From Takakia lepidozioides (Eukaryota; Plantae; Bryophyta), in assembly GCA_030704615.1 (NCBI GenBank), contig CM060732.1, positions 65,286,001 through 65,350,000 of the forward strand: 64,000 nt of DNA, written 5' to 3'. The position numbers and the translations under genes are program-made. The notes under the pieces were generated by a model that searched no databases, was not told where the DNA came from, and saw nothing but the letters and a program-made list of their open reading frames with translations. Below are positions 25,187-36,779 of this stretch, piece by piece. Position 1 is the stretch's first letter; the number at the start of each line of letters is the position of its first letter.

Positions 25187-28100
25187 TTAAGAGCATTGTG
25201 TAGTTACAAGTGACTGGTTGTATAAAAGTTAAATTTTGAATAATGTTTTATTATTTTTAATAATAAATATGTGTTAATTTAATTCGTACAATAATATAAC
25301 TTTTAATGATTCTAATAAGTTTAGGTTATGACTAGAAAGATGAATACTAAAAATAACTAAAAAATGATTAAAATATAAAGATAAACTATTAAATCTTTTA
25401 TTGCTATATGCAACTCCTTCTCCCACTTAAGTCTAGACTCAAGTGGTCTGGCATCCTTCTATCTTTCAACAACAGCAAGGCTACCGAATCACGTAAACTG
25501 TGTACGATTGTTACACGAACTGGATGGAGAATGGAAGGAGGACTAATTGCATGTCATAACATAACCAAATGCACGTATAAGTATCTGTCACTTAAGATGC
25601 ACCGACTGATCCAGTCTTCCAAGAGTCAAGATAGCCATTACTGCAGCTAAAGTTCATTCGGAGAAGGCATTCACAGTACAGGATGCCAGGAAGCCAGACC
25701 AGTCTCACGCTCCAAGAAAGCTACTTGCCTATCTCTACCTGCCCAGCCTTAATCCAAAGAATAATCTATGGCTTCCATGAACATCCGGCTCCGTAAACTT
25801 CCATTCATGTTCAGCTGCCGACCGCCACTGATCCGCCAATTCGTGCAGCAATTACGGGATCCCAGGTGGAGATATAACCAATGCAGTGAGGATCCATTTG
25901 GCTTATACATGTATACAAATATATCATACATACATATAGCATACATATACATATATCCATTTGGGTGGATATAGAGTCATCAGGAGATCAACAGCAGGAT
26001 ATCAACCCGGATAAGTTACCTGGAACCGGCATTTTTTTGGATCCGGGTTAGAAGCATAAACGACGGATATGAAAATATGGCAGAAACAATTCTATACCCA
26101 GTGTAATACCGGGGGTTGGTAGGACGTGAGCACAGCGGCGAGCACGACTCACGTAAGCACAAAAAAATGTAGGCGTGAGCCAAAAAAAAACGGCAATAGG
26201 GTTCACAAATTTCCACGAAAATAGAATTCACGTGAATAGGGTTTTGAAATAGCGAAATTGTTTGTTGTGTGCCTATATCTGTGCCTATCTCTGTCCCAAT
26301 TCTATCCCTGACTATGTCCATAAACCCTTAAACCTATTGCGAAAGAAACACCCCTAATGTATATGTACAAGCTCCAAGCTCATGCAAGCTCTTAGAAATA
26401 TGACTAGAATGGAGCTCTAAGGTACAAGGTAGTATAATTATAGGGCAAGTGATAAATGAGGCCCGGGAGTTCAATGCTCCCTCAGCGGGCCTGCCTGCGT
26501 GGCCCCACCCCCGCCCTCTGCCCCCCACCCCCCTCGCGGTGCCGCCGCGCCTGCCGCCCCCCAACCCCTCCACCCCCCGCCCCCGCGCCGGGTCCATCCT
26601 CGCCATAACATTGTCATACAATCTCAGCACTGTCATTACTGTATTGCACTGTATTATAGTACTGTACACATGCATCATGCATGCCCCATGAATGCCTCAT
26701 CATAGACGCACCGTCCTAGAGCGCAATCATAGCATAGACATTCAGTTGTCCCTAGGACTTTCCCATGGGGTTGACAGGTGCGTGCACTCATGCGGATGGG
26801 GACGCTTCGCATGCGAGACGTTTTGCTTCACTCTTCACTATTGACGTCCACTCGTTTTCAGGCACTATTCCTGTCGCTTGAACGCTTCTGTATTCTTCAT
26901 ATCGACCCCGCCCTCAGTCTGTGGAGGAGAATCTGTAGAAACAAGTGGGACGTTCTTTCCATGCAAAGGATTTCACAGGTTGGTGTCATCCGTAAGTACT
27001 TGCTCTCCTGTCCCCCATGTTTCTGCTGCACACCTTTGCCGGGGTTAAACGAAGCAGCCTCCCGAGTGTACTCATTCAGAGATTTTAGTGTTATCATTTC
27101 CTGCTGTCGTTGCTGTTATTGGCCTTCGCTTCAGATTATCTGGTAATTTGTATGGCATCCCCGGGGTGGCCGGGAGGTTCAAATCCTTCGTCGTTTTTGC
27201 TTTAGGGTTTCACTGTACATATTGTCTTTCTTCTTGCAGCACTGTTGCACGCGTCTGTAGTCCATTCTATTTTCCCTGTCGATTTGCTGCGTCGCTCCTG
27301 GATCGTTGCTTCCACACTCCGAGCGAGCCAAGGCCATTGTGACAGACACGGTCTCATACGATGTCCTAGTTGGTGGGGCAGTGTTGTACCCCATGGGCTT
27401 TACCCTGGATTTTGGGAGGAGTCAGCTTCCTATAGGCCTGCATGGCAGTTAGGGGAGGGCCGGCGTGTGCAGCTCCCTGTGACATTCATAGGAGGAGTTG
27501 CGGTTGCCCAGCGAGGCAAGATGCCGACACTAGCAGCATTCACAGCGGCAGTGAGTTGGCCTAGAGAGTTGCTTGAGGGCAACGCTCATTCAGAGGATGT
27601 GCCACCTCCGGGAGAGCACGATGACATGTATGGTATGGCGGAGTTGCCTACCATGGTTGCTCAGACTCCATTGTGGGGCACGAGCAAGGATTTGCAGCGG
27701 GATGCTGATCGACGGGTGCAACAAGCCTGGGTGGATGTATCGTCAGGAGAGGAGGAGAGTGCGGGGATTGCACCAAGACCACCTCAGTTATCTCTATTGG
27801 ACACCACACCTATTGTGTGGCAGTATCCGGATGAAGGCATTTGTCTTCTGGACTTGTTTGGCGGGATCAGCACCGAATTGGCTGAGGTTTACTATTTCAT
27901 GAGCGCATGAGCCCATGAGCCCATGAGCCTATGAGCTCATGAGCGGACATCCGCGGAATTGGAATTTTCCTGCCTTTATTGACGGTGTTATGTCCTCTTA
28001 CCTCGGTAATAGGGTCTGTTTCTCCTGGTCCAGGATGCGGAATGAGGTATTTCGGCGCCGTTATTCCCAAGAGCAGTGTGCTAAAATGGTGTTTTGAAGA

Positions 28101-28576
28101 CATCCACCGGGGTATTTCGGCACCGAAATTACCTCTTAAAATGTGATATAGTGCGGTATTTAATGGCGCAGAACGGGCTATTTGGGCGCCGAAATACCCA
28201 AGTGGAATGTGCTGAAGTGCCTTGTGCTGAAGGCTTCCATCGCGATATTTTGGTACAGTAATTCATCCGTGGAATTTTTGAGGCCCATATAACGAAGGCG
28301 CGCATTGGGCTATTTCGGCGCCAAATTCCCAATAGGAATGTTAGAGAAACGGCAGGGTTTTCATGGCTTCAAGTTCTCGGCTCGATGGTGTGCATAAATT
28401 ACTTGTAGGGTTCTTCACTGAAGTTTGCGTCTCTTCTGCTTTTATTATACATTTTGGTTGGCAGAAGAAATGTAGGGAATCGGACAAGCAGTCTGAACAC
28501 AATGATTTTTCAAATCGTCAATATTTTCATTAAGTGTTTCAGAACTGTACAACAAAAGGATCCAAATGAGACTTTG

Positions 28577-30230
28577 CTATGGTGAGGATCCGCTATCACT
28601 GTCCGATGCATCCCCGGCCTCATGCAAGGATGGCTGCCTTCCACCTGCCTCCGAACCTGCACTGCCGCTACCGCTGTTACTCTGAGAAGCCCTCCCCTCA
28701 AAAATACCATCCTCACCAGCCGGAACTGTCCACCTGGGTGCGGAAGTGTCCTCAACATTCCCCTCGCTCTCGGACGCGGATTCTATTACGAACTTCCCTA
28801 CTCTGCCTTTCACAATTCTATGTTTGGCCTCACGCCTCATTATAATTCTCTGCTCATTCCCGTATGTCAATTGCTCTAACCGAGTAGGCCTATCCTCCCT
28901 CCTGATGGCTTCTCTTGCAGCCGTGTCTGCATAGGCTGGTAGAAAAAAAGGCTTCTGGGGACTCGCGAGAAACGATTTTCTGGCAAAGAATGGCCGATGC
29001 GATTCTGTCTCCTCCTCTGCAACAGGGTCCGATTCGGGCAAGTCTCCCAGCTTCTCCTCGTCGGACGACTCTGCAAGGCTGAGTGTACGCACAAACATAG
29101 AATGAAGTACATTAGAGAATTCAAACAGGGAATCATCGGCAGGTTGCATGGTCCCTACAACCGAAACCAATACACTTACTATGGTGCAACTCACTCGAAG
29201 ACAGGCATTGGGGGAAGCGGCTTCGGGCGCCCCTGCATTGAACGAATTTCCTGGACTTCCTCCTCTTCATCTTCCTCCTCCCCTTCCACGTCATCTTCTC
29301 CGTTTTTGGGATCCTCAGTCGGAGGCAAACGCTGAAGGCCCGCCAAATTGTAATCGTACAAGGCGTATCCCCCTCAAATGAGAACACAAATCGGTTCGAC
29401 ATCCTTCCCGCCCACATACAGGCACCTGCAAATTCATACGACACAACCACAACCAAACTCAAGAATGAGTCGCTTCCTCGCACAAGCAAACATACACAAA
29501 CGGAAATGGTGTCAATTTTGGTGCCGCATTCAATTAACATTCTCACCTGTATTTGCAGTGATGTTGAGGACCCTGCCTTCAACATCCGTACATGTTTCCA
29601 TGAGCGTCTGGGATGAATGCAGGACTCCTGGTCCTGCCATACCTCCATGGCTTGCCCGACAAATCACAAAGAATGTCCTTCTCTCCCACATGGTTGAACA
29701 GGACGTTATACTCCAGTGGATCAACTGTGGAATCAACAAGTCTTCCTGTTTCACGTAATTTGAATTTCTAATGTTTCTTCACGAAGCAAAATGCCTGAAA
29801 GATAAGAGTCTGCAGAGAAGGAAATGTCCTGGAGGTTTTGCTCCTCCGCAAGCTCCAGCAGGTTCTGATCGTTGCCAAGTCGTACCACGTTGTCGTCCTC
29901 TCCTTCTGTCAGCTCAATGGGCCGCCCTTCTGCAGATCCAACTCCCACATCTCCAGCGGCCTCCACCGCATCCGTGTTTTTTGAAATTGACTGCAAACCC
30001 AATATCTCCGCTTCCAGTCTCCCTAGGGGTTTTACTGGCAAAGCCATGGGCTCCTTCTGCTTCCTCCACTTCCGAACTCTAGGTGGGCTTTTCTGAGGCG
30101 ATATCTGAGGTGTTGAATGAGGACTCGCCTGCCTCGATGCACTTCCACCTTGCGAGCGCAGCACCCGAGTAGGAGTATCCAAAGTTGACTGTGTTGTTTC
30201 GCCCCCCTGCGATCCCTCCCCAGCTCCCAT
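28577..30230 (-). pseudogene. Cargo gene of copy C, internally deleted: low-complexity N-terminus joined to the C-terminal half of the amino-MTase-like domain
   Basis: KFKLRETGRLVDSTVD..GKPWRYGRTRSPAFI/QTLMETCTDVEGRVLNITANTG|ACMWAGRMSNRFVFSFEGD and PFFAR..RWTVPAGEDGIF; clearly homologous to 17250-18260, with the same intron in motif I. Confidence 0.82.
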
Positions 30231-30739
30231 GTCAAACAAACAGGAAAACATGAGACATGCACGCAAAAAAAGGTGTAAAAGGAATATTGCGTATGGAGTG
30301 CTTCACATCCGCAAAGCACGAATCTCTCACTGGTGGCGATCCGAGTCTCCGGATAACGAGGTCTGCATTTCATGCATGAGACGGAGCTTTAAGTCGTGTC
30401 GTCGGCGGCTTCCCAAAATCCCGTGTCCTCCTTCTCTTTGCCGGAGTCGCCTGACCTTCCACAAACTCTATGCTACCACTATGCCGCATAAAGAGAGGAA
30501 ACGCAGGAGAATGTCACTGCAGAAGGGCAAAGAGCGAGAGAGCGAAGCGGTGGAACATGCAACCACTATGCACGAGTAGATGTGTAAGCAGCCACGTCTC
30601 CCAAAGCGTTGCCACCGTCCACCACTTTCTGCCGTATGGGTGATGAAGAGATTGTGACCCCTGACACGTTCGCACGGATGAAGTCGACTGGAACACGACG
30701 CGTGCCAGTTCCAGCCACCAGTACAAGACGGTTTATCCG

Positions 30740-32620
30740 AATTGCGGCACCGAAATACCTTCCGTTCACCGGATGCTGTTCCCGGAGCAGCCGACATTGA
30801 ATGAAATATCCGCACATCATGAAACCCAACCGCCATGAAAATCCCCTGCCTATGACATTCAACAGTCAGGTCGGTACGTTTCATCAGCGGACGGATGAAT
30901 TTTGGCGCCGAAATTCATCCTATTCAAGTGCTTTCGTACACAAACTTACAAATTTTGGCGCCGCAATTCATCGCTTCCCAAGTCCTCATTCATCATGAAC
31001 AAACCTGTCAGTGGGATATCGGAGCCGGAATTAATTCCGGGACAGTGGAAACGGCTGCACTTGGGCACATTTCATCCATATTTCGGCGCCGAAATTCATT
31101 ACGAATATCTCCGACCGCGCGTAGACGAGGTGAAATCATCCATATTTCGGCGTCGAAATTCATCTAGAGCGAAGACTAAATCGGCACCATGCTATGCTTT
31201 GCCGCCATCATTGCCCCTGACGGATGCTGTCCATGCCTGTTGGACTTGCCATTTCTGGACATTTAACTATAATTTCGGCGCCGAAATTATACTTTATGTG
31301 CGGCAACGTCCCGTGCGAAAAAGACCACTTAATGGATACTGTCGGTTTCAAATGAAAAAAACGGCTAAAATGCAATTAATTTTGATAGAAGGGGTTCAAT
31401 ATGCCGATTTCTCCATTAAATGCAGAATATTCCTGTTATCTTCGTCGGAACGGGGTATTTCCAACGATTTACCGAAAATTATATCATCTAGAAGCAAATA
31501 GTAAGTGTCGGGTTTGGACGAATTTCGGCGCCGAAATTCATCCGTCGCATAGAAAATGTAATATTAGAGTTACTCATTGCGGACAGTAAGGATGAATTTC
31601 GGCGCCGAAATTCATCCATTTCAAAGAAAAATAAATATTGGAGGGAGGGCATTGGATGAATTTCGGCGCCGAAATCCGGCGCTCAAACCCTGAAAAGAAT
31701 TTGGAGGGATGGAGTCGGTTGAATTTCGGCGCCGAAATTCATTGCTCGCGAAGAAAAAAATAAAAATCGGGAGGACTTCGGATGAGTTTCGGCGCCGAAA
31801 TTCATTGCTCGCGAAAGAAAAATAAAATTCGGGAGGACTTCGGATGAATTTCGGCGCCGAAATTCATTGCTCGCGAAGAAAAATAAATAAAATTCGGGAG
31901 GACTTCGGATGAATTTCGGCGCCGAAATTCATTGCTCCCGAAGAAAAGAAAAGAATTTCGGGAGGACTTCGGATGAATTTCGGCGCCGAAATTCATTGCT
32001 CGCGAAGAATTTTTTTTTTTTCGGGAGGACTTCGGATGAATTTCGGCGCCGAAATTCATTGCTCGCGAAGAAAAAGGAAAATTAGAAGGGAGTACTTGGA
32101 TGAGATTCGGCGCCGAAGTTCATTTGTCGCAAAGAAAAAAAAAAAAAAAAAAAAAAGACTTCAGATGAATTTTGGCACTGAAATCCATCCGCAGGGCAGC
32201 AGAATTAGGGTCGGAAAAGGAGATGAAGAATGAATTTCGGCGCCGAAATACATCCATTCTGCCGATTCAGGATTACTGTCATTCAGATGTCGGCACCGAT
32301 ATCCGGACACGTGGTGAATCACGACTGTAATCAGGAACACATTCATCCGTATTTTGGCATCCAAATTCAACCCTCATGTGCAGAAACAATTTGATGAAGA
32401 AGATGTTCATCCAAATTTCGGCACCGAAATCCATCCGTTGGGTGCTTGGTCAGTTTCATGAGGTGAACAAATTACTATTTCTGTCGCCGGAATTCATCCC
32501 TTGGCTTCCAAAGTTGTTACATGACAGAGATGTTCATTTAGATTTCGGTGCCGGAATTCATGGGAAGGCCTGATTTATTGTAGCCCAAGTGGTTCTACAT
32601 TACAATTCAGGCACCAAATA
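30740..32620. repeat. Internal array of the palindrome ATGAATTTCGGCGCCGAAATTCAT with a ~63-64-bp period
   Basis: GGCGCC-type cores at 31601, 31665, 31728, 31791, 31853, 31918, 31982, 32045, 32109, 32174, 32239, 32292, 32356, 32420 ... 32610. Confidence 0.93.
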
Positions 32621-32810
32621 TCCGATGTGAACTTGCTGTTGTCGTTCGTTTTTGTAACGTACGTTACATACCTTCATCTTTACGTGCACCGATCACCCAT
32701 CCTGTTGGATACGGAATCCTCTAGAAAATCATTTGTGTTATTAGGTAGGACACACTCTTCTCACTGCAGGACTTCGCTGCGGAGCGTACCGAGAGGTCCC
32801 GTCTTCAACA

Positions 32811-33356
32811 TGGACTCCCGTGTTTGGGTAAACGTGTACTTCCATCCTGATTCTCTGAAAGCAAAAATACGTTCCACGAAATCCAATTCCCAGTCGTCAT
32901 CCTCCTCCCACGAGAAGCTCTTCGCCCCGCATACCGGTGGGTGACCCCGCAGCTTGGCCCACCCATCGGTGGGGGAAACTGAAAAGACGGCGGCCACCAA
33001 CAAAGGCGAACGACACCAGGATGACCAACGCTCTTGCAATGCCCTGCATAGTGCAAGGTTGCAGGGATGTTCCTCACCCCGGGATGGGGCGCATATTTCA
33101 GTTGTCAACAGCCGGGTCTGCCGCGTGCAGTGTCGTGTATACAATCATGGTTTCACAGTACCCAGCTTGCAACTGTAAGGACTTCCTTGTTATGGAATTG
33201 AAGAATGCAGCATACGTCCCCTGCAAACACCTTTATTACATTTTTATGAAGCGCATGAGTTGCATATCCGCAGTGGACGTCTTCATCCATGCTCCAACAC
33301 TGAGTTTCAACGAGCTGCACAAGGCCCTACGGCAGGACACTGGTCGGACTGCTTGA
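32811..33356 (+). pseudogene. Deleted transposase of copy C; only the C-terminal SWIM region remains
   Basis: PTHRWGKLKRRRPP..CNCKDF..CKHLYYIF..FIHAPTLS matches the C-termini of A and B; GCM and DDE regions absent. Confidence 0.88.
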
Positions 33357-34037
33357 CATTCCACATCGGGAAGGAGAAAGTGGCAATTATATTACATTCA
33401 TCTTCTTGCACCCTATTTTTTTGTGAGGAATTATACACTTGGTGGTGCCGCATCACCATGGCTACATGTGAATTTCGGTGCCGCAATACATGAGAATGTG
33501 GTTTTTGGCCATGAATGGCATGCGCATGTTTTTTTTATTTTGGTTGTCTACAAATGGATCCGAGTAAAGCATACATTGTGTGGAGATTAACGGGCATTGA
33601 GGCCTATTTAGCGCCGTTTATGGTCTATGTACTGCATAGTGCTTCCTTGTTACTGCTCTTCATTCAATTTGTAGTGATTTCGCAGCCCATCCTGGCGTTT
33701 TCGTCCACCTTTATGAGAAGACTCCAATTTGCTACAAATACATTGTTACTGTTCTGCAAATGTGATGCCTTTACAAGATTGCTAGTTCTGTGTCCCAGTG
33801 GGAAGGGTCCTACTGCACATTCCAGCATTTGCATACTGCACCTTGTGCAAACAACAATCCATACGACAAAGGACACGTCCCAGCATACTGGCAGTGAATT
33901 GCAAAAAACCTTAACAGAAGATTATCCAAGCATGTATATTCCCCATATGGCACATGGAAGCTGTTTGATTTCTGAATGAAAATGTATGTGCCATGAGTGT
34001 CGGCGAGTCGAAACATGTCTACTCTAGCATGCAAGAC

Positions 34038-34637
34038 CTATGGTCCCCTCGCCCAAGAAGAAGGAACTCTAACTGGCCTCTCAAGGACCTCCTGAGTGAC
34101 CGGGTGCCTATATTTGAACAAAATGTCAGTGGTTTCTGTCGCCCGGTTGAAACTAACGAGGATGTCGTGTTTATCGATAGCGCCCCCCTGGTAGAAGGAC
34201 ATTTTCACAGTGGGCCCTGTGTTCCCCTCCTCCTCATCCTCATAACTGAAGAGAATGTCCCCACTTTCCGAGCCAGTCCGTCCACGCGTAAAGTTTTCAC
34301 CTATGCACTCATCATACGTCCACTCGCAACAATTCCAGCGATACAGCAACGCTATGCGTGATCTGTTCGGCTCCCACTCATGCGGAAAGTCCAGGTCCAT
34401 GATGCGTAGGAACCACCTGCTCCCCAGCCGGGGTCCAGGAGAATCGTGCAATCCTGGAAGAAACTCCATTGCTCTCTGCAGGACAAGTCGAGGATCGTCC
34501 CTGTAAACATCCAGGAAAACAATGATGTCGTGTGCTTTCGGGAAAATGACTCCCGTCTGGCGTCGATAGATGTGATTCGGGCACGACATGGCCTCACGAC
34601 ATAGCACAAACTCAAAGTAGGGAGGAGATGGGCACAA
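34038..34637 (-). CDS. Unknown ORF (~199 aa) carried in copy C, convergent with the transposase
   Basis: Open frame with globular composition; no recognised motif. Confidence 0.35.
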   Translation of the reverse strand: MCPSPPYFEFVLCREAMSCPNHIYRRQTGVIFPKAHDIIVFLDVYRDDPRLVLQRAMEFLPGLHDSPGPRLGSRWFLRIMDLDFPHEWEPNRSRIALLYRWNCCEWTYDECIGENFTRGRTGSESGDILFSYEDEEEGNTGPTVKMSFYQGGAIDKHDILVSFNRATETTDILFKYRHPVTQEVLERPVRVPSSWARGP

Positions 34638-34699
34638 CAGAGAAGAGTGAAGAGCAAAATGAGAGCAAGGCCTCCCTTACCGTAAGGCGGGTATTTGCT

Positions 34700-35165
34700 C
34701 TTCGGAGCCCAATTTTGGCGCCGTTATTGGATGGAGTGCGGAAGCTTCAGCCGAGAATTTTGTTTCCGCAGGTCAATTTCGGCGCCGTTATTGGTTGCAA
34801 TCCCTAGCCTTCAGCCGGGTATTTGGTTTCTGGACCCAATTTTGGCGCCGTTATCGGCTGCACTCCGGTGGCTTCAACCGAGTATTTGGTTTTCGGGGCC
34901 CATTTCGGCGCCGTTATCGCCTGCACTCTGGGTATTTGGTTGGTGGAGCCCAATTACTTTCACCGTTGTTGGCTTCACTCCCGAGCCTTCAGTCGGCTAT
35001 TTCTTTTCCTGTGCCCAATTACGGCGCCGTTATACCCAACCATCATGCACTTCTGCAACAGTACTATCCACGGTTATAGGTCGCCATTGCGTTTTCGGAG
35101 TCTGCAAACCCAGATCCTAATTCCGCTTGCGTCTCTGCCTCTGGGATAATTTCGGTGTCGTTATT
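34700..35165. repeat. Subterminal repeats of copy C (TTT(T/C)GGCGCCGTTAT), 63-64-bp period
   Basis: Cores at 34717, 34781, 34844 and 34907. Confidence 0.8.
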
Positions 35166-36779
35166 GCCCAGAATTCAGTTTCTCTATGACCTGGCCTAGC
35201 GGTCCATGAGCCTGGGCTCCAAGTCATGAGCGTACACTGGTACTCATGAGCGGAGTGCTTCCAGCATGAGCGCGGAAATCTTCGATTTTTGATTATTTTA
35301 TAGTTTTGGGCCCGAAAAAAATCTGCCGAAATTCGAAGTGTGTTACTTTGCGGCTCATGGGTGAGCCATGCCCGCTCATGAGCTCATGAGCTCACCGCTC
35401 ATGAGCTCATGGAATAGCAACCCCCGAATTGGCTGCTGTGTTACAGGCAGGTGTACGAGTTTGGCGTTACCTATATGTGGAGAGGGATGAGACTACACGA
35501 CGCATTTCACTTCGCCATGTTGCTAAGTTGGTGCAGCGGTACCCTGAGTTGTTGTCGGTGTCTCCAATTCGTGGATATCAGCAGGCCTTGCCAGCAGACA
35601 TTTCTTTCCTGGGGCCGCAGGATTTGGAGCGGGTTGGCTCCATTGATCTGGTAGTGGCAGGCTGGCCCTGCCAAGGGCATTCATCAGCCGGGCATGGCAA
35701 TGGATTGCGAGACTCGAGGTCGGGTCTGTTTTGGGAGATGGTGCGGGTTTTGCGCCACTTGCAGCTTCATCAAGCTGTATCTCCAGCATACATCTTGGAG
35801 AATGTGCCACTGATGGGCGATTCTCGGGCCAGGGTGATGGCCAGTGTGCATCAAGTCCGGTTGTGGCTTGGGTCAGCAGTGTTGCTAGATGCAGCTACAG
35901 TGGGGTCACGGGCTCATCGTCCACGGCTATGGTGGACTAACTTGATGCCACCCGCACTGCTCAAGCGTGCATTTGATGGGGTGTAGCGGCCAACACATCT
36001 CACAGTGGATAGCATTCTGGACACAGGGAGGCAGTCTCAGCGTGTGAGACATGATGACCGTTTGCCTTTGGCAGTGGTCAACAAGGTGGGTTAACCACGA
36101 GCAGCATTACCTACACTGCTCAGCTTCCCAGGATCGCATGCTTTCCGGGATAGTGGACCTGGCCTCATGTGGGATGCTCAGTTGCAGCAGTTAGTGGAGC
36201 CTAATACTGATGAGCGTGAGCGGGCAATGGGTTTTACCACTGGTACCACGGCGGTGTCATCTCTTTCTGAGGCATCACGTCGTCAAGTGTTGGGGCAAGC
36301 AATGGATCTCAATTGCTTGACCTGGATTATCAGCTTGGCTATGGCTGAGCAACGCAAAGTACGGAATACACTTCCCTCGATGGTCACTCTGCCTACCGAG
36401 ACGGTACAGGCAGCGAGTGGGGGCAAGCATGTGAGGACCACGGGGTGCAGGCATCCATGGCACACGTGGGAGGTGCTCGAGGTTCAAATGGAGTTGGCAG
36501 CCAAGGTGGCGATGAAAGATGAGGTTGGGGATTTTTCTCGGGTGGAGGAAGTCCTTGAGGATGAGATGATGAGGCAGGATGAGGCCTTGTCACTGACTGA
36601 GCAGGTAGGGAGTACTGTTCAAGAGGTTGCAACATAGCAACCACTGGACGCGTCCTTTACCTCTAAGCCCACTAGACTTAAGGTTGCAGTTACGGAGGAC
36701 AATTGGGAGCCTGACATTGGACCCTTTGTCACCGGAGGAGAGAGACAACGTATACAGCGATTCCTGAGGGCTTACAGGA

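Larger units (their letters stand above)
27884..35425 (+). mobile_element. Complete non-autonomous MULE copy C (7542 bp) with 9-bp TSD GAATTGGCT
   Basis: TSD at 27875-27883 and 35426-35434; imperfect 20-bp TIRs GAGGTTTACTATTTCATGAG / CTCATGGAATAGCAACCCCC; CATGAGC clusters at both ends. Confidence 0.96.
27805..36350 (+). pseudogene. C5-cytosine DNA methyltransferase domain (DNMT3/Dcm-like) within Gypsy pol; pieces 27805-27883 and 35435-36350
   Basis: Removing copy C and one TSD restores the frame: LLDLFGGISTELA|AVLQAG (motif I), YVERD (II), DLVVAGWPCQGHSSAG (IV), YILENV (VI), AHRPRLWWTN (VIII), ERERAMGF and RRQVLGQAMD (IX/X); two later in-frame stops. Confidence 0.92.

Noticed and set aside
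25200-27330. Gene or defined element in this interval, including the C-rich tract at 26500-26595
   Set aside because: Only short ORFs without recognisable motifs; no termini or TSD found
35429-36637. Stand-alone host DNMT3/DRM gene
   Set aside because: Intronless and collinear with retroviral protease upstream and RT downstream; part of pol
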